DNA of 64,000 nucleotides from an uncultured Pseudomonadota bacterium (lineage in GTDB: Bacteria > Pseudomonadota > Alphaproteobacteria > RF32 > CAG-239), in NCBI GenBank assembly GCA_949295995.1, contig CASFNK010000006.1, positions 1,124 to 65,123 on the forward strand, in the 5' to 3' direction. Both the position numbers and the translations under genes were made by a program. Within the stretch, counting starts at the first letter, position 1; every line of letters begins with the position of its first letter. Under the pieces are notes generated by a model, which saw nothing but the letters and a program-made list of their open reading frames with translations, did no database searches and was not told the DNA's origin. Below, one piece after another: positions 9,442 through 18,724 of the stretch.

Positions 9442-10098
9442 TTAGAGCTTATTTTCAATAATTTGTTCAGCTTTTTGCACGACATCTTGAATACTCATGG
9501 AAGAAGTATCAAAAATATAAGCGTCTTCAGCAGGTTTCATAGGTGCGGTGGCTCTTTTTGCATCGCGTTCGTCGCGTTCAATCATGTCTTGCAAAACTTT
9601 TTCAAAAGGCGTGTCTTTTGCTTTTGCTTTAAGCTCATCAAAACGACGTTTGGCACGCACCTCGGTAGAAGCGGTGATAAAGAATTTAATATCGGCATTA
9701 GGGCAAACAACCGTTCCTGTATCTCGTCCGTCATAGATGGCACCGTTTGCGGGAGTTCCGTTTGCAAAAACCGGTTTAAGAGCAAAATCTTGTTGCATTT
9801 TAAGGAGAGCAGCGCGTACTTTGGGCTGAGAAGATACGATAGAAGCGGCCACGCCTCCTTCAGAACTTCGAAATTCAGGATTTTGAGAAAGCTCCATCAT
9901 CTGCGGAAAAGTTAGATTTTTTGCGAGCTCTTCCGCTTTTCTTTCATCGTTAAGGTCGAAGCCGTTTTTTCTCATCAACAAGCCGACGGCGCGGTAAACC
10001 ATTCCCGTATCAAAATAAGCCAATTTGTATTTTTTGGCCAGTTGAGAGGCAAGGGTTCCTTTTCCGGCAGCGGCCGGACCGTCGATAGTTATAATCAT
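9442..10098 (-). CDS. cmk: cytidylate kinase
   Basis: 218 aa with P-loop IITIDGPAAAGKGT. The cmk-rpsA adjacency is typical. Confidence 0.9.
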   Translation of the reverse strand: MIITIDGPAAAGKGTLASQLAKKYKLAYFDTGMVYRAVGLLMRKNGFDLNDERKAEELAKNLTFPQMMELSQNPEFRSSEGGVAASIVSSQPKVRAALLKMQQDFALKPVFANGTPANGAIYDGRDTGTVVCPNADIKFFITASTEVRAKRRFDELKAKAKDTPFEKVLQDMIERDERDAKRATAPMKPAEDAYIFDTSSMSIQDVVQKAEQIIENKL

Positions 10099-10208
10099 TT
10101 GTTATTACCTTAAAGTCTTTACAAAATTTTATCTATTCATTAACATATCTGTTATAAATTAACAGAGATTAAATAGGTTATACAGAGCTTTTAAAGCGAG
10201 GAGGATAA

Positions 10209-10856
10209 ATGTCTCAAATAAAGTTTTTATGGGTAGCTTTAGGTCTGGGTATTTTGAGCGGCACGGCTCAAGCACAAGATGCAACATTTCAGGCGGGAGC
10301 CACGGCGGAATCAACATTAGACAGTTTGCAAGCATCTACAGGATTAAATGGTTTTGGAGAAACCTACGGCGAACAAATGGCAAGAGAGCAGGATGAGGCA
10401 GAAGCAATTGCTCAAGAAGAAAAGGAAAGTCAAGGCTCTGTTTTAGCAACGGTTCCGCAAAACAGCACCATAGATTACAAAGGAATAGCCAATGCGTTTT
10501 TTGCAGGGAATCAAAATCCAGATACAGCCGAAGCGGAACAAGAAGCACCTGCAAAGCCGAAAACCTATGAGGACGTCATATTTACGTTGACGGAACCTAC
10601 CTCGCAAACGGTGCTTGGGATGGGACATACCATAGATTTGAAATTAAGAACTTCATCTAATTTGAAATGGAATTTTGATAAAGAATTCAAATCATTAGAG
10701 TTTTTATCGGAAAGAACGGAAGATGGTTTCTTCCATGCAGTATTCAAGGCCAAAGCGCCGGGTCAGGAAACACTTTATTTTGATTGCTTGGATGTAGGCA
10801 ATCCGACCAATATTCAGGTTTTAGAGACAAAATTGATTGTCGTAAAAGTAGAGTAA
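10209..10856 (+). CDS. hypothetical secreted protein
   Basis: 215 aa. Signal peptide ...LSGTAQAQD, acidic linker, then a ~100-aa C-terminal region with a beta-sandwich-like alternation pattern. No family assigned confidently. Confidence 0.6.
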   Translation: MSQIKFLWVALGLGILSGTAQAQDATFQAGATAESTLDSLQASTGLNGFGETYGEQMAREQDEAEAIAQEEKESQGSVLATVPQNSTIDYKGIANAFFAGNQNPDTAEAEQEAPAKPKTYEDVIFTLTEPTSQTVLGMGHTIDLKLRTSSNLKWNFDKEFKSLEFLSERTEDGFFHAVFKAKAPGQETLYFDCLDVGNPTNIQVLETKLIVVKVE

Positions 10857-10861
10857 CGAAT

Positions 10862-11605
10862 TTGGCTTCAAAAGTACGTTTATTTATAAGCACCACGCTT
10901 CAACCAGAGCAACTCGTAGAGTTGTCCGAGGCGCAAAGTCATTATTTGAGCAATGTCATGAAGTTAAAAGTTGATGATATATTTTTTGGCTTTGACGGAA
11001 CGAGCGGTGAATATGAATTACAAATAGTCAAACAAGGAAAAAAACATATTGAAGCCAAAGTAACACAAAAGCGAAGAGATTTTGAATCATCTCCTGATGT
11101 CTGGCTGTTATTTGCGCCGGTTAAAAAAGACCAAACAGATTTCATTATTCAAAAAGCGGTAGAATTAGGTGTAAGCGAACTAATTCCGACCATTACGCGT
11201 TATACCAACAGCGATAGAACCAAAACCGAAAGATTTGTAGCGCAAAGTATTGAGGCTGCCGAACAATGTCGTAGGCTTGACATTCCGAAAGTTGCTTCTG
11301 CCAAACCTTTGTCGGAAATTTTATCAAATTGGGATAGGGGGCGTCATTTATATTATATGGATGAAAGTCGAACCGGAACGCCCGTACGGGAAGCCTTTTC
11401 ACAAGCTGTTGCGCCGATAGCAATTTTGGTTGGTCCGGAGGGAGGGTTTAGTGAAGAAGAATTAAAACTTCTGCGTCAACTTGATTTTACAACCGGAGTA
11501 ACTTTAGGACCAAGGATTTTGCGAGCGGAAACAGCGGTTGTTTCAGCTTTGAGCTGCTGGCAGGCACTGAGTGGAGATTGGGTAAACTATAAGGAGCAAA
11601 GCTGA
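10862..11605 (+). CDS. rsmE: 16S rRNA (uracil1498-N3)-methyltransferase
   Basis: RsmE-like N-terminus (KVRLFIS...HYLSNVMKLKVDDIFFGFDG) and the GPEGGFSEEE motif. The start is set at TTG 10862, just after the upstream stop; the ORF-track start at 10784 overlaps the previous gene. The start is uncertain. Confidence 0.8.
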   Translation: MASKVRLFISTTLQPEQLVELSEAQSHYLSNVMKLKVDDIFFGFDGTSGEYELQIVKQGKKHIEAKVTQKRRDFESSPDVWLLFAPVKKDQTDFIIQKAVELGVSELIPTITRYTNSDRTKTERFVAQSIEAAEQCRRLDIPKVASAKPLSEILSNWDRGRHLYYMDESRTGTPVREAFSQAVAPIAILVGPEGGFSEEELKLLRQLDFTTGVTLGPRILRAETAVVSALSCWQALSGDWVNYKEQS

Positions 11606-12255
11606 TGCGTTTTTTAGTAGCAGACGACCATGATTTATTTTTAAAAGGTCTGGAATTTATTTTGAAAGAAAACTATTCGGATATTGAATTGGTTTTTGCG
11701 CATAGTTATTCCGATATTTTCCATATTTTGGAAAAAGACCGAAAATTTTCTATTGTAATGACAGATTTAGCCATGCCGGGAGGGAAGTGGTTAGATTCGT
11801 TACAACAAATTCATAATTTATTACCGGATACGCCGATAGTTATTTTATCTGCGGTTTTTGACAAAGAAATTGTGCAAAAGACCATAGATTTAGGAGTTTC
11901 GGGCTATATACCGAAAACCTCATCGAATATGGTTATAATGAGTGCCATAAATTTAGTTTTGTCGGGAGGCATTTATATTCCGCCGGAACTTTTAAATAGC
12001 AAGCTCAAAACCGAAATGAATATAGATATGGGCGAAAATCAAAGTATGGAACAAAATGTGTTGACACCACGCCAGATTGAAGTACTTGAAAAGGTAGCTG
12101 AAGGAAAATCCAATAAAATTATAGCATACGAATTAGGTTTGAGTGAGGGAACGGTAAAACTTCATGTTACGGCGATATTAAAAATGCTAAACGTCAACAA
12201 TCGGACCGGAGCGGTAAGAGAAGCCGAACGACAGGGACTAATAAGTCATGAGTAA
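11605..12255 (+). CDS. two-component response regulator, NarL/FixJ (LuxR HTH) family
   Basis: REC domain (LVADDHDLF..., phospho-acceptor context IVMTDLAMPG) plus a C-terminal LuxR-type HTH (LTPRQIEVLEKVAEGKSNKIIAYELGLSEGTVKLHV). Its ATG overlaps the rsmE stop (TGATG). Confidence 0.9.
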   Translation: MRFLVADDHDLFLKGLEFILKENYSDIELVFAHSYSDIFHILEKDRKFSIVMTDLAMPGGKWLDSLQQIHNLLPDTPIVILSAVFDKEIVQKTIDLGVSGYIPKTSSNMVIMSAINLVLSGGIYIPPELLNSKLKTEMNIDMGENQSMEQNVLTPRQIEVLEKVAEGKSNKIIAYELGLSEGTVKLHVTAILKMLNVNNRTGAVREAERQGLISHE

Positions 12256-12595
12256 TATGATTTTGCAAGAATATCAAAAGCAATTGGGTTTCGCCAAAAC
12301 AGCCGAGCTCTGGAGCATATATAAAACGGAAACGAGGGATGGCTTATACACCAGACTTTCGCGTTGGGTATTGCAATCAGAAAAAGAGTTGTTACAAAAC
12401 TTTTTTCATTCACGCCAAGCGGGAGGTAAAACTTTTGGTATGGATGAATTTGTCTGTATCTGTAAACAAATGGAAGAGCATCTCCAAGCCGGTGGAGGAA
12501 TAGAGATTATAAATTCCCGATTATCGCACATAAGCGAATTATTTGAGCAAGAGGCAAAGCAAGTCGAAAGTATTCTAAACAAGAAGGATTCCTAA
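12248..12595 (+). CDS. hypothetical protein (weak HPt-like motif)
   Basis: 115 aa, helical-looking. FFHSRQAGGKTFG loosely resembles the HxxKG histidine-phosphotransfer motif. It overlaps the response regulator gene by 8 nt. Confidence 0.45.
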   Translation: MSNMILQEYQKQLGFAKTAELWSIYKTETRDGLYTRLSRWVLQSEKELLQNFFHSRQAGGKTFGMDEFVCICKQMEEHLQAGGGIEIINSRLSHISELFEQEAKQVESILNKKDS

Positions 12596-12596
12596 G

Positions 12597-13385
12597 ATGA
12601 TAAAACTGATAAGTGATATAGACCAAGAGGAAGTAGAAGAAGATATAATTTCAAGGGAGCCGGCTTTTCAAGCTCCGAAAGAGGTATCCATACCGCTTTA
12701 CCAGCGTCTGTTTTATTCCAAGCTCTACAATAGTGTAAAATGGAGTTCATTACTTGATAATAATTTGTTGCTCAATATAGCCACATTCGGAACATATTCA
12801 AAATTGGTTCGAGCTTGTTGTAATGAAATAGAGATGCATAGTAAAGTTCTGCAATTAGGAGGAACTTTTGGTAATCAACTTGCAGAGTTAGCGGAGAGTG
12901 TTGGCTATTATGGGCATTTAGATGTCATAGACGTAAACGGCACCCAGTTAAGTCGTTTGGAGGGCAAATATGAAACGCCATATCCGCAAATGCATTTTAT
13001 CCGCGCCAATGCAGAAGATGAAATAGAGGGAGAATATGATGCGGTTGTATGTTTTATGCTGTTACATGAACTTCCTATTGCCAGCAAAGCGAAAGTAATT
13101 GAAAACGCATTACATTCCATAAAGGAAAACGGCAAAGTGATATTTATAGATTATGCGCAACCTGAATATTGGCATCCGCTAAGATATATTGTGAGAATGT
13201 TTAACCGGTTATATCAACCTTTTGCGGAAAAATTATGGGATAGAAGTATTGATACCTTCGCTAAAGACAACTTAGATTATATCTGGCATCGAACCAAATA
13301 TTTCGGAGGGATGTATCAAAAGGTAGTTGCAGTTAAGCGACCCAAGATGTTTGATGATAGTCCAAGTTATTATGATTTTTTATAA
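12597..13385 (+). CDS. class I methyltransferase-fold protein with a degenerate SAM motif I (possibly RquA-like)
   Basis: 262 aa. At the position of motif I (canonical VLDVGCGTG) it reads VLQLGGTFGN. It has an LHELP-type post-I/II region and a UbiE/Coq5-like length. Confidence 0.6.
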   Translation: MIKLISDIDQEEVEEDIISREPAFQAPKEVSIPLYQRLFYSKLYNSVKWSSLLDNNLLLNIATFGTYSKLVRACCNEIEMHSKVLQLGGTFGNQLAELAESVGYYGHLDVIDVNGTQLSRLEGKYETPYPQMHFIRANAEDEIEGEYDAVVCFMLLHELPIASKAKVIENALHSIKENGKVIFIDYAQPEYWHPLRYIVRMFNRLYQPFAEKLWDRSIDTFAKDNLDYIWHRTKYFGGMYQKVVAVKRPKMFDDSPSYYDFL

Positions 13386-14354
13386 AGCATCAATTTCTTG
13401 AGCAATTTGAATGGCGGGGAATAAATTTTTTCCGCCTTTAAATTTTTCACAATTGTTTTGCAAAGGAACAGCATATTCTCCGTCATACAAAGATTTTACG
13501 AAGCGTAAATGTTTTGGGGTCAGCCAGTTTTCACCGCAAAAGACAAATACGGGTTTTCCTGTTCCGCAAGATTCACAAGCCATAGAAACGGAATCACCTG
13601 TTACCACAATATTATCGGCACAAGCGTAGTAGCCAAGTAGTGGGTTTTCATCCTTACTCCCCCATAAGAAGGTATGAGCCGGAAACTCTTTGAGATAACT
13701 CATAATAATTTTTTCGGCCTCATCACCGGTACGTCTGGAATCAGTAACCAAGAGAGAACCGCCGATTCTTTTTTTCAAATTTTTAATTTCTAAAGCTAAA
13801 GCCTCAGCATTTTGGAGAGTAAAAGGTTTACCTTTAATACTACCGCCGATAATGACCGCAGTTAAGGGTTTAGGCAGATTTGCAAACACGCTTTCCCATT
13901 TTTCACGAGCATCATTTAATACTTTTTGGGATACTTTATGAGGAGAACCGATAGTATAAAAACAATTTCCTTTAGAGTTTTTGTATTTATCATGTTCGGG
14001 TAAAAAGATGCGGTCAAATTTCAAAAGGTTAGAGTTTGATACGTCAGGGTGTAAAAGTTGCACAATTTTAGTTTTAGGAGATTTCTTTTTAATCCAAAGA
14101 GCAATCGGAGCGGTGCGGCGGCTGGCGGAAATAACGATATCGGGAAAATCAGAATTAATTTGAGCGATGCTTTCTTTTTCCACGCCCAGCAAAGAAGCTC
14201 CTTTGAGCAAATTTGGTAAAGCCGCCAACTTAGTATATTTAATTTGTTTTTCTTCAGTTTGATAAATATTTGAATTTAACTCATTGAGCACGCCTTTAAT
14301 TTGCCCGACGCTACCCATACGATTATCAAGAAGAGCCCAAACACGTTTTTTCAT
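13380..14354 (-). CDS. ELM1/DUF1022-family protein (putative glycosyltransferase-like fold)
   Basis: 324 aa. N-terminus KRVWALLDNRMGSVGQIKGV, and VISASRRTAPIALWIKK...FDRIFLPEHD matches my recollection of the mitochondrial-fission ELM1 family that is common in Alphaproteobacteria. Confidence 0.55.
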   Translation of the reverse strand: MKKRVWALLDNRMGSVGQIKGVLNELNSNIYQTEEKQIKYTKLAALPNLLKGASLLGVEKESIAQINSDFPDIVISASRRTAPIALWIKKKSPKTKIVQLLHPDVSNSNLLKFDRIFLPEHDKYKNSKGNCFYTIGSPHKVSQKVLNDAREKWESVFANLPKPLTAVIIGGSIKGKPFTLQNAEALALEIKNLKKRIGGSLLVTDSRRTGDEAEKIIMSYLKEFPAHTFLWGSKDENPLLGYYACADNIVVTGDSVSMACESCGTGKPVFVFCGENWLTPKHLRFVKSLYDGEYAVPLQNNCEKFKGGKNLFPAIQIAQEIDAL

Positions 14355-14442
14355 ATTTAATAACTCATAAAATAGATTAGCAAAGAATAAGAGTTATGGT
14401 AATATAAATAAAAGTAAAAGCAACAAAATTTAGGAGGTTGTT

Positions 14443-14751
14443 ATGCGTAAAATTCTATGTTGTGTAATATTTATGAGTATTTTTTTATTAAATAACGAAG
14501 CCTCTGCTCAGTTTAGTGCGCAAAAAGACGCGCAGTATATTGCGACGCTGAAAGCGGTAGTGAATTATAAAATCAACGATGAAGAAATAATAAAAGACAT
14601 TGAAAGCCTGCGTCAAAACAAATCGTTCAATCAAAAATTACAGAGAATGCTGAATAAATTGCAAAACACGCGCACCAAAAACAATACCAATACGAAAGTT
14701 CAGCAAATATTGGAACAAGCCGGACAGGAGATTTATCGTCTGCTTGATTAA
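14443..14751 (+). CDS. small secreted hypothetical protein
   Basis: 102 aa with a signal peptide (...NNEASAQ) and a good RBS (AGGAGG at 14431-14436). Confidence 0.6.
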   Translation: MRKILCCVIFMSIFLLNNEASAQFSAQKDAQYIATLKAVVNYKINDEEIIKDIESLRQNKSFNQKLQRMLNKLQNTRTKNNTNTKVQQILEQAGQEIYRLLD

Positions 14752-14809
14752 TAAAGCATTAAGGATAGAATGCTATAATGAAGCCAAAGAATAAATTGAA
14801 GAGACCGGG

Positions 14810-14977
14810 ATGGAAAACGCCGAATATTTTCAAGAAAAGATAATGAGCTTGCGACAAAAGTTGCACGCAATGGATGGTTTTGAGCCAATAGAAAACATTT
14901 CTGAAAATATTCCGGAACCTACTCAAATAAAATCTGTAATATTCTCAAACAAAGAGAAAGAAGACCATGAAAAATAA
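14810..14977 (+). CDS. possible small protein (55 aa)
   Basis: Below the ORF-track size cutoff. Product reads MENAEYFQEKIMSLRQKLHAMDGFEPIENISENIPEPTQIKSVIFSNKEKEDHEK. Its stop overlaps the start of the next gene, which suggests coupling. There is no other support. Confidence 0.3.
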   Translation: MENAEYFQEKIMSLRQKLHAMDGFEPIENISENIPEPTQIKSVIFSNKEKEDHEK

Positions 14978-15284
14978 GCTAAAAACATTGTTTTTAATTA
15001 TTCCGTTAGTTATAGGTTGTGCATATATTCCCAAGGAAGATACATCGGTAAAACAGGCTTATGATTCAGACTATGAGCGTTTTTTTCAAAATGTAGTAAT
15101 TAAAGAGAAAACTCCTTATTCGATAACGTATGAGTATAAAGATGTCCGCATAGATGAGTTGGCATTTTTGGCGTCGCGTTACTGCCAAGAACAAGATGGC
15201 AAATATGCATATCTGCATGATACGGTGTTGTATAGGAATTTTTCACGACGCGCGACATTTGATTGCTTAGAGTTGCAAAATTAA
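14967..15284 (+). CDS. hypothetical lipoprotein
   Basis: 105 aa with signal peptide and lipobox LVIGC. Confidence 0.6.
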   Translation: MKNKLKTLFLIIPLVIGCAYIPKEDTSVKQAYDSDYERFFQNVVIKEKTPYSITYEYKDVRIDELAFLASRYCQEQDGKYAYLHDTVLYRNFSRRATFDCLELQN

Positions 15285-15330
15285 GCGGCTCTTCCTATAT
15301 AGATAAATAAGGAAGGGAGCCAAACAGAAG

Positions 15331-16278
15331 ATGAATAAAAATTTATATCATGTTTTAGGGGTTTCAAAAGAAGCGAGTGATGCCGAAATAAAATCGGCAT
15401 ACCGAAAATTAGCGCGTAAATATCACCCTGATTTGAATAAAGATGACAAATCTGCCGCCGAGAAATTTAAAGAAATTTCTTGTGCTTATGATATTTTAGG
15501 CAATGCCGATAAACGTAAGAAATATGATAACGGCGAAATAGATTCGGATGGCAAGCCGACAGGATTTGGAGCCGGTTTTGGTGGAGGCAATTACAATTAC
15601 ACGGGCGGAAATCCATTTGGCAATGGGGGCAATCCGTTTGGTGCGGGCGGATTTAGCGGAGGACAACAAGGAGGCTTTGATTTCTCTTCCATTTTTGGCG
15701 AAGACATCTTTTCACAATTCGGAGGAGCGCAACAAGGCGGATTTTCAGGTTATGGGCGTCGCGCGCGTCGAGGGCAAGATATCAACTATACCATGCAGAT
15801 TGATTTTCTGACAGCGGCTCAAGGAGCGGAAAGAACTGTAAATCTCAATGGCAAAAATATTAATGTCAAAATTCCTTCTGGCACGCAAAACAGACAAACA
15901 TTACGCCTAAAAGGGCTAGGGGATGTTGGCTACAACGGGGGCGAAAACGGCGATGTTTTAATCACGCTGAATGTTACGCCGCACCCATATTTTACGGCCG
16001 ATGGTTTGAATATTTTGTTAGAACTTCCGATAACCATGAAAGAAGCGGTTTTAGGGGCAAAGATTACGATTCCGACCATCAGCGGAAAAGTAGCGGTAAC
16101 CGTTCCGCCTTATTCAACCAGTGGCGAGAAATTGCGCCTAAAAGGCAAAGGAATGAAGACCAAAACGGCGCAAGGTGATGAAATCGTAACATTAAAGATT
16201 GTTGCGCCCAAGGCTAAAAATTCGGAGTTGGAAAAAGTGTTATCGTCCCTTGCCGATGAAAATGTAAGGAACTTTTAA
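15331..16278 (+). CDS. J-domain co-chaperone, CbpA-like (no zinc-finger domain)
   Basis: J domain with HPD ([16 protein letters not shown]), a G/F-rich linker, and DnaJ C-terminal substrate-binding repeats. It lacks the CxxCxGxG zinc-finger motifs. Confidence 0.85.
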   Translation: MNKNLYHVLGVSKEASDAEIKSAYRKLARKYHPDLNKDDKSAAEKFKEISCAYDILGNADKRKKYDNGEIDSDGKPTGFGAGFGGGNYNYTGGNPFGNGGNPFGAGGFSGGQQGGFDFSSIFGEDIFSQFGGAQQGGFSGYGRRARRGQDINYTMQIDFLTAAQGAERTVNLNGKNINVKIPSGTQNRQTLRLKGLGDVGYNGGENGDVLITLNVTPHPYFTADGLNILLELPITMKEAVLGAKITIPTISGKVAVTVPPYSTSGEKLRLKGKGMKTKTAQGDEIVTLKIVAPKAKNSELEKVLSSLADENVRNF

Positions 16279-16844
16279 TGCTTCTTGATGCCTTACGAGA
16301 CTTTGAATGGCTAAACGAGCCGCTAGATGTAAATTTTGAAGAAACCGGCATGCGGGTTTTAACCCACAATAAGACGGATTTTTGGCAGTCAGCGCATCAC
16401 CGTGTCGCTAAAGATAACGGACATTTCTTTTATACGCGCCGCTATGATGATTTTAATTTCGTCGTGGGGTGGAAATTTAAAATAGACGGTCGCTTTGACC
16501 AATGCGGTATAATGTTGAGGATAGATGAAAAGAATTGGTTTAAGGCCTCAATAATGTACGATGCGCCGCAATACCCGATGATAGGCAGTTGTGTAACCAA
16601 TAACGGCTATTCTGATTGGGCAAATATTGATATTCCGGCAGACTTAAAGCAAATGTATTACAAAATCAAACGCCATAAGGGAGACTATGTTCTTTCCTAT
16701 TCTTTTGATGGTCGGAACTTTCGCCAAATGAGAATGTTGCATTTACTGAAAGACCAACCTGAAGTAAAAGTCGGAGCCTTTATTTGCTCTCCGCAACATG
16801 AGGGGTTTGAGGCCACTTTGACGCGTATTGAGTTTTTGGAATAA
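16278..16844 (+). CDS. DUF1349-like (concanavalin-type lectin/glucanase fold) protein
   Basis: 188 aa. The segment DFWQSAHH...FDQCGIMLRIDEKNWFKASI matches my recollection of DUF1349. Its ATG overlaps the upstream stop (TAATG). Confidence 0.5.
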   Translation: MLLDALRDFEWLNEPLDVNFEETGMRVLTHNKTDFWQSAHHRVAKDNGHFFYTRRYDDFNFVVGWKFKIDGRFDQCGIMLRIDEKNWFKASIMYDAPQYPMIGSCVTNNGYSDWANIDIPADLKQMYYKIKRHKGDYVLSYSFDGRNFRQMRMLHLLKDQPEVKVGAFICSPQHEGFEATLTRIEFLE

Positions 16845-16870
16845 AAAAGGAGGATAAATCCTCCTTTTTG
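16843..16870. terminator. bidirectional rho-independent terminator
   Basis: Perfect hairpin AAGGAGGA-taaa-TCCTCCTT (16847-16866) flanked by A- and T-runs, between convergent genes. Confidence 0.8.
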
Positions 16871-17377
16871 TTATTTAATTTCTTCTTTTGAGTAAACACC
16901 AAAGAAATTGCTTCTCGGAACCCAGCCTTCATAAGCCCCAAAGCTAATTAAGCAGAATTGGCTGTTTGCCGGACATTTTTTGATGTTTCCGACCACTTCA
17001 TCTTCCACTTTTGCAATAACCGGAGAAGTAAAGTCGGGTTTATCATAAACATTGCTTTCGCCCGGCGTTGTCATCTTAATTGTGCGTTTTCCGGAAAGCA
17101 TGGATTTATGCACCCAAGACTCGGAGCCTTGCCAATCTTTAATTTTGCGCCAAAGCTCAAATTCGGCAACAATTTCAACCGGAGCGCCTTTTTGCATATA
17201 GACCCATTCAATCGGATATCTGGCTCCCGGACCGGAACGAGCGTTAATGAGGTTAGAGCGCAAAGACACCATTCTGGGCAGAGCCAAACCGCTTTCGCTT
17301 TCGTCTTGTACATCTTGAGCCAGAGCCGGAAAAGCGACCATAACCGCGGCTAATAAACTAAAAAATACAGCTTTCAT
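16871..17377 (-). CDS. secreted bacterial SH3-domain protein (SH3_4/DUF1058-like)
   Basis: Signal peptide MKAVFFSLLAAVMVAFPALA. Two SH3b-like segments (NARSGPGARYPIEWVYMQKGAPVEIVAEFELWRKIKDWQGSESWVHKSML). Start set at the ATG at 17377. Confidence 0.7.
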   Translation of the reverse strand: MKAVFFSLLAAVMVAFPALAQDVQDESESGLALPRMVSLRSNLINARSGPGARYPIEWVYMQKGAPVEIVAEFELWRKIKDWQGSESWVHKSMLSGKRTIKMTTPGESNVYDKPDFTSPVIAKVEDEVVGNIKKCPANSQFCLISFGAYEGWVPRSNFFGVYSKEEIK

Positions 17378-17482
17378 ACAGACCACTCTCACATTTTAAT
17401 TATTTCTTATTATATTTAGCGTAATCATACTTAAATAAGATGAATAAAACGTAAAGTTTCACAATTTGATAAGGACAAAAAC

Positions 17483-18592
17483 ATGGATTTAATCAACATT
17501 ATTACGGATTTAATCAAGTTTCGCACCGAAACGGGAAATATTCCCGAAATCAAACAATGTTTTGACTATTGCAAAATTTTATTTGCCAAGACGGATGCCA
17601 AAGTAGAAATCTTTGAAAAAGAGGGTGTCGCGCCGGTTTTATATATCCGCAATACTGATGGTGATAATTTTGATGTTTTGTGTTTGGGGCACTTGGATGT
17701 CGTTCCGGCAACAGATGAAATGTTTACGCCGGTTATTAAAGACGGGCGGATGTATGGACGCGGCACGTTAGATATGAAATCCTTTGCCGCGGTAGCATTT
17801 AATTCAATGTTTCATGTCTTGGAAAATAAGCTGAATTTGAAGTTTGGCATTATCTTGTCAAGTGATGAAGAAAAGGGCAGCAAAGGAACGGAAGCTTTCT
17901 TAGAGGCTCATAAAGATATTAAAGCAAAAATCGTTTTAGATAATGATGTCGGGGGCAATATTTTAAGTATTGTCAATAAATGCAAAAATCCGGTTTTTGT
18001 AAAAATCATTGCCGAGGGAAAAGAAGCGCATGGTTCCACTCCTTGGGAAGGCATAGATGCTAACGAAAAATTATTGCATACATTAAATAATATTCGTGAG
18101 ATTTATCCTTATTATTCCAAAGAAACCAAAAAGCCGAAAGACACTTGGATTGATACGGTTCACTTTGCCAAAATCGAAGGCGGACAAGTCTCCAACGTCA
18201 TATCCAACTATGCCGAGGCTTTGCTGGACTTTCGCTTGACGGAGGATTCGACCGTCAAAAATCTGGAAAAGAATTTGAAAAAATGCATGGAAAAAGGCGT
18301 TAATTACAAGATTGTCTCTTCCAGTACACCGGTTGTGATGGATCCGAAGAATGAATATATTCAAGCCTATAAAACTTTGGCAGAAGAAGTTCTGGGACAA
18401 AAGATGTTTTTTGAACAAATCGGTGGCGCAACGGATTCAAGAGCTTTTGCTGTAAAGGGCTCAATCGTGATTATGAACTCTGGCACGGGTGAGGGCATGC
18501 ACGCCAATGGCGAATATGTTGAAATCGATTCGGTTCAAAAACTAGCCGAGATTCAAAAACACTTCTTGGATAAATTAGCACTTGAAAAGTAG
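17483..18592 (+). CDS. M20-family metallopeptidase (ArgE/DapE-like deacylase)
   Basis: 369 aa with motifs LGHLDVVP, GRGTLDMKS and SSDEEKGS. Confidence 0.8.
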   Translation: MDLINIITDLIKFRTETGNIPEIKQCFDYCKILFAKTDAKVEIFEKEGVAPVLYIRNTDGDNFDVLCLGHLDVVPATDEMFTPVIKDGRMYGRGTLDMKSFAAVAFNSMFHVLENKLNLKFGIILSSDEEKGSKGTEAFLEAHKDIKAKIVLDNDVGGNILSIVNKCKNPVFVKIIAEGKEAHGSTPWEGIDANEKLLHTLNNIREIYPYYSKETKKPKDTWIDTVHFAKIEGGQVSNVISNYAEALLDFRLTEDSTVKNLEKNLKKCMEKGVNYKIVSSSTPVVMDPKNEYIQAYKTLAEEVLGQKMFFEQIGGATDSRAFAVKGSIVIMNSGTGEGMHANGEYVEIDSVQKLAEIQKHFLDKLALEK

Positions 18593-18620
18593 GTCTTATC
18601 AGGCTATAAAACAAGGCAAC

Positions 18621-18697
18621 GTCCCCGTAGCTCATCAGGATAGAGCAACAGTTTCCTAAACTGTGGGTAGGAGGTTCGAGTCCTCTCGGGGACGCCA
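18621..18697 (+). tRNA. tRNA-Arg (anticodon CCT)
   Basis: Hand-folded cloverleaf: acceptor GTCCCCG/CGGGGAC, anticodon arm ACAGT-TTCCTAA-ACTGT, T-arm GGAGG-TTCGAGT-CCTCT, encoded CCA. Confidence 0.9.
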
Positions 18698-18724
18698 TAG
18701 CTTTTCCAAGAGTTTCTTTTTTAT
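18692..18724 (+). repeat. 33-bp direct repeat, copy 1 (spans the last 6 nt of tRNA-Arg and 27 nt downstream)
   Basis: ACGCCATAGCTTTTCCAAGAGTTTCTTTTTTAT is identical to 18878-18910. Confidence 0.9.
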
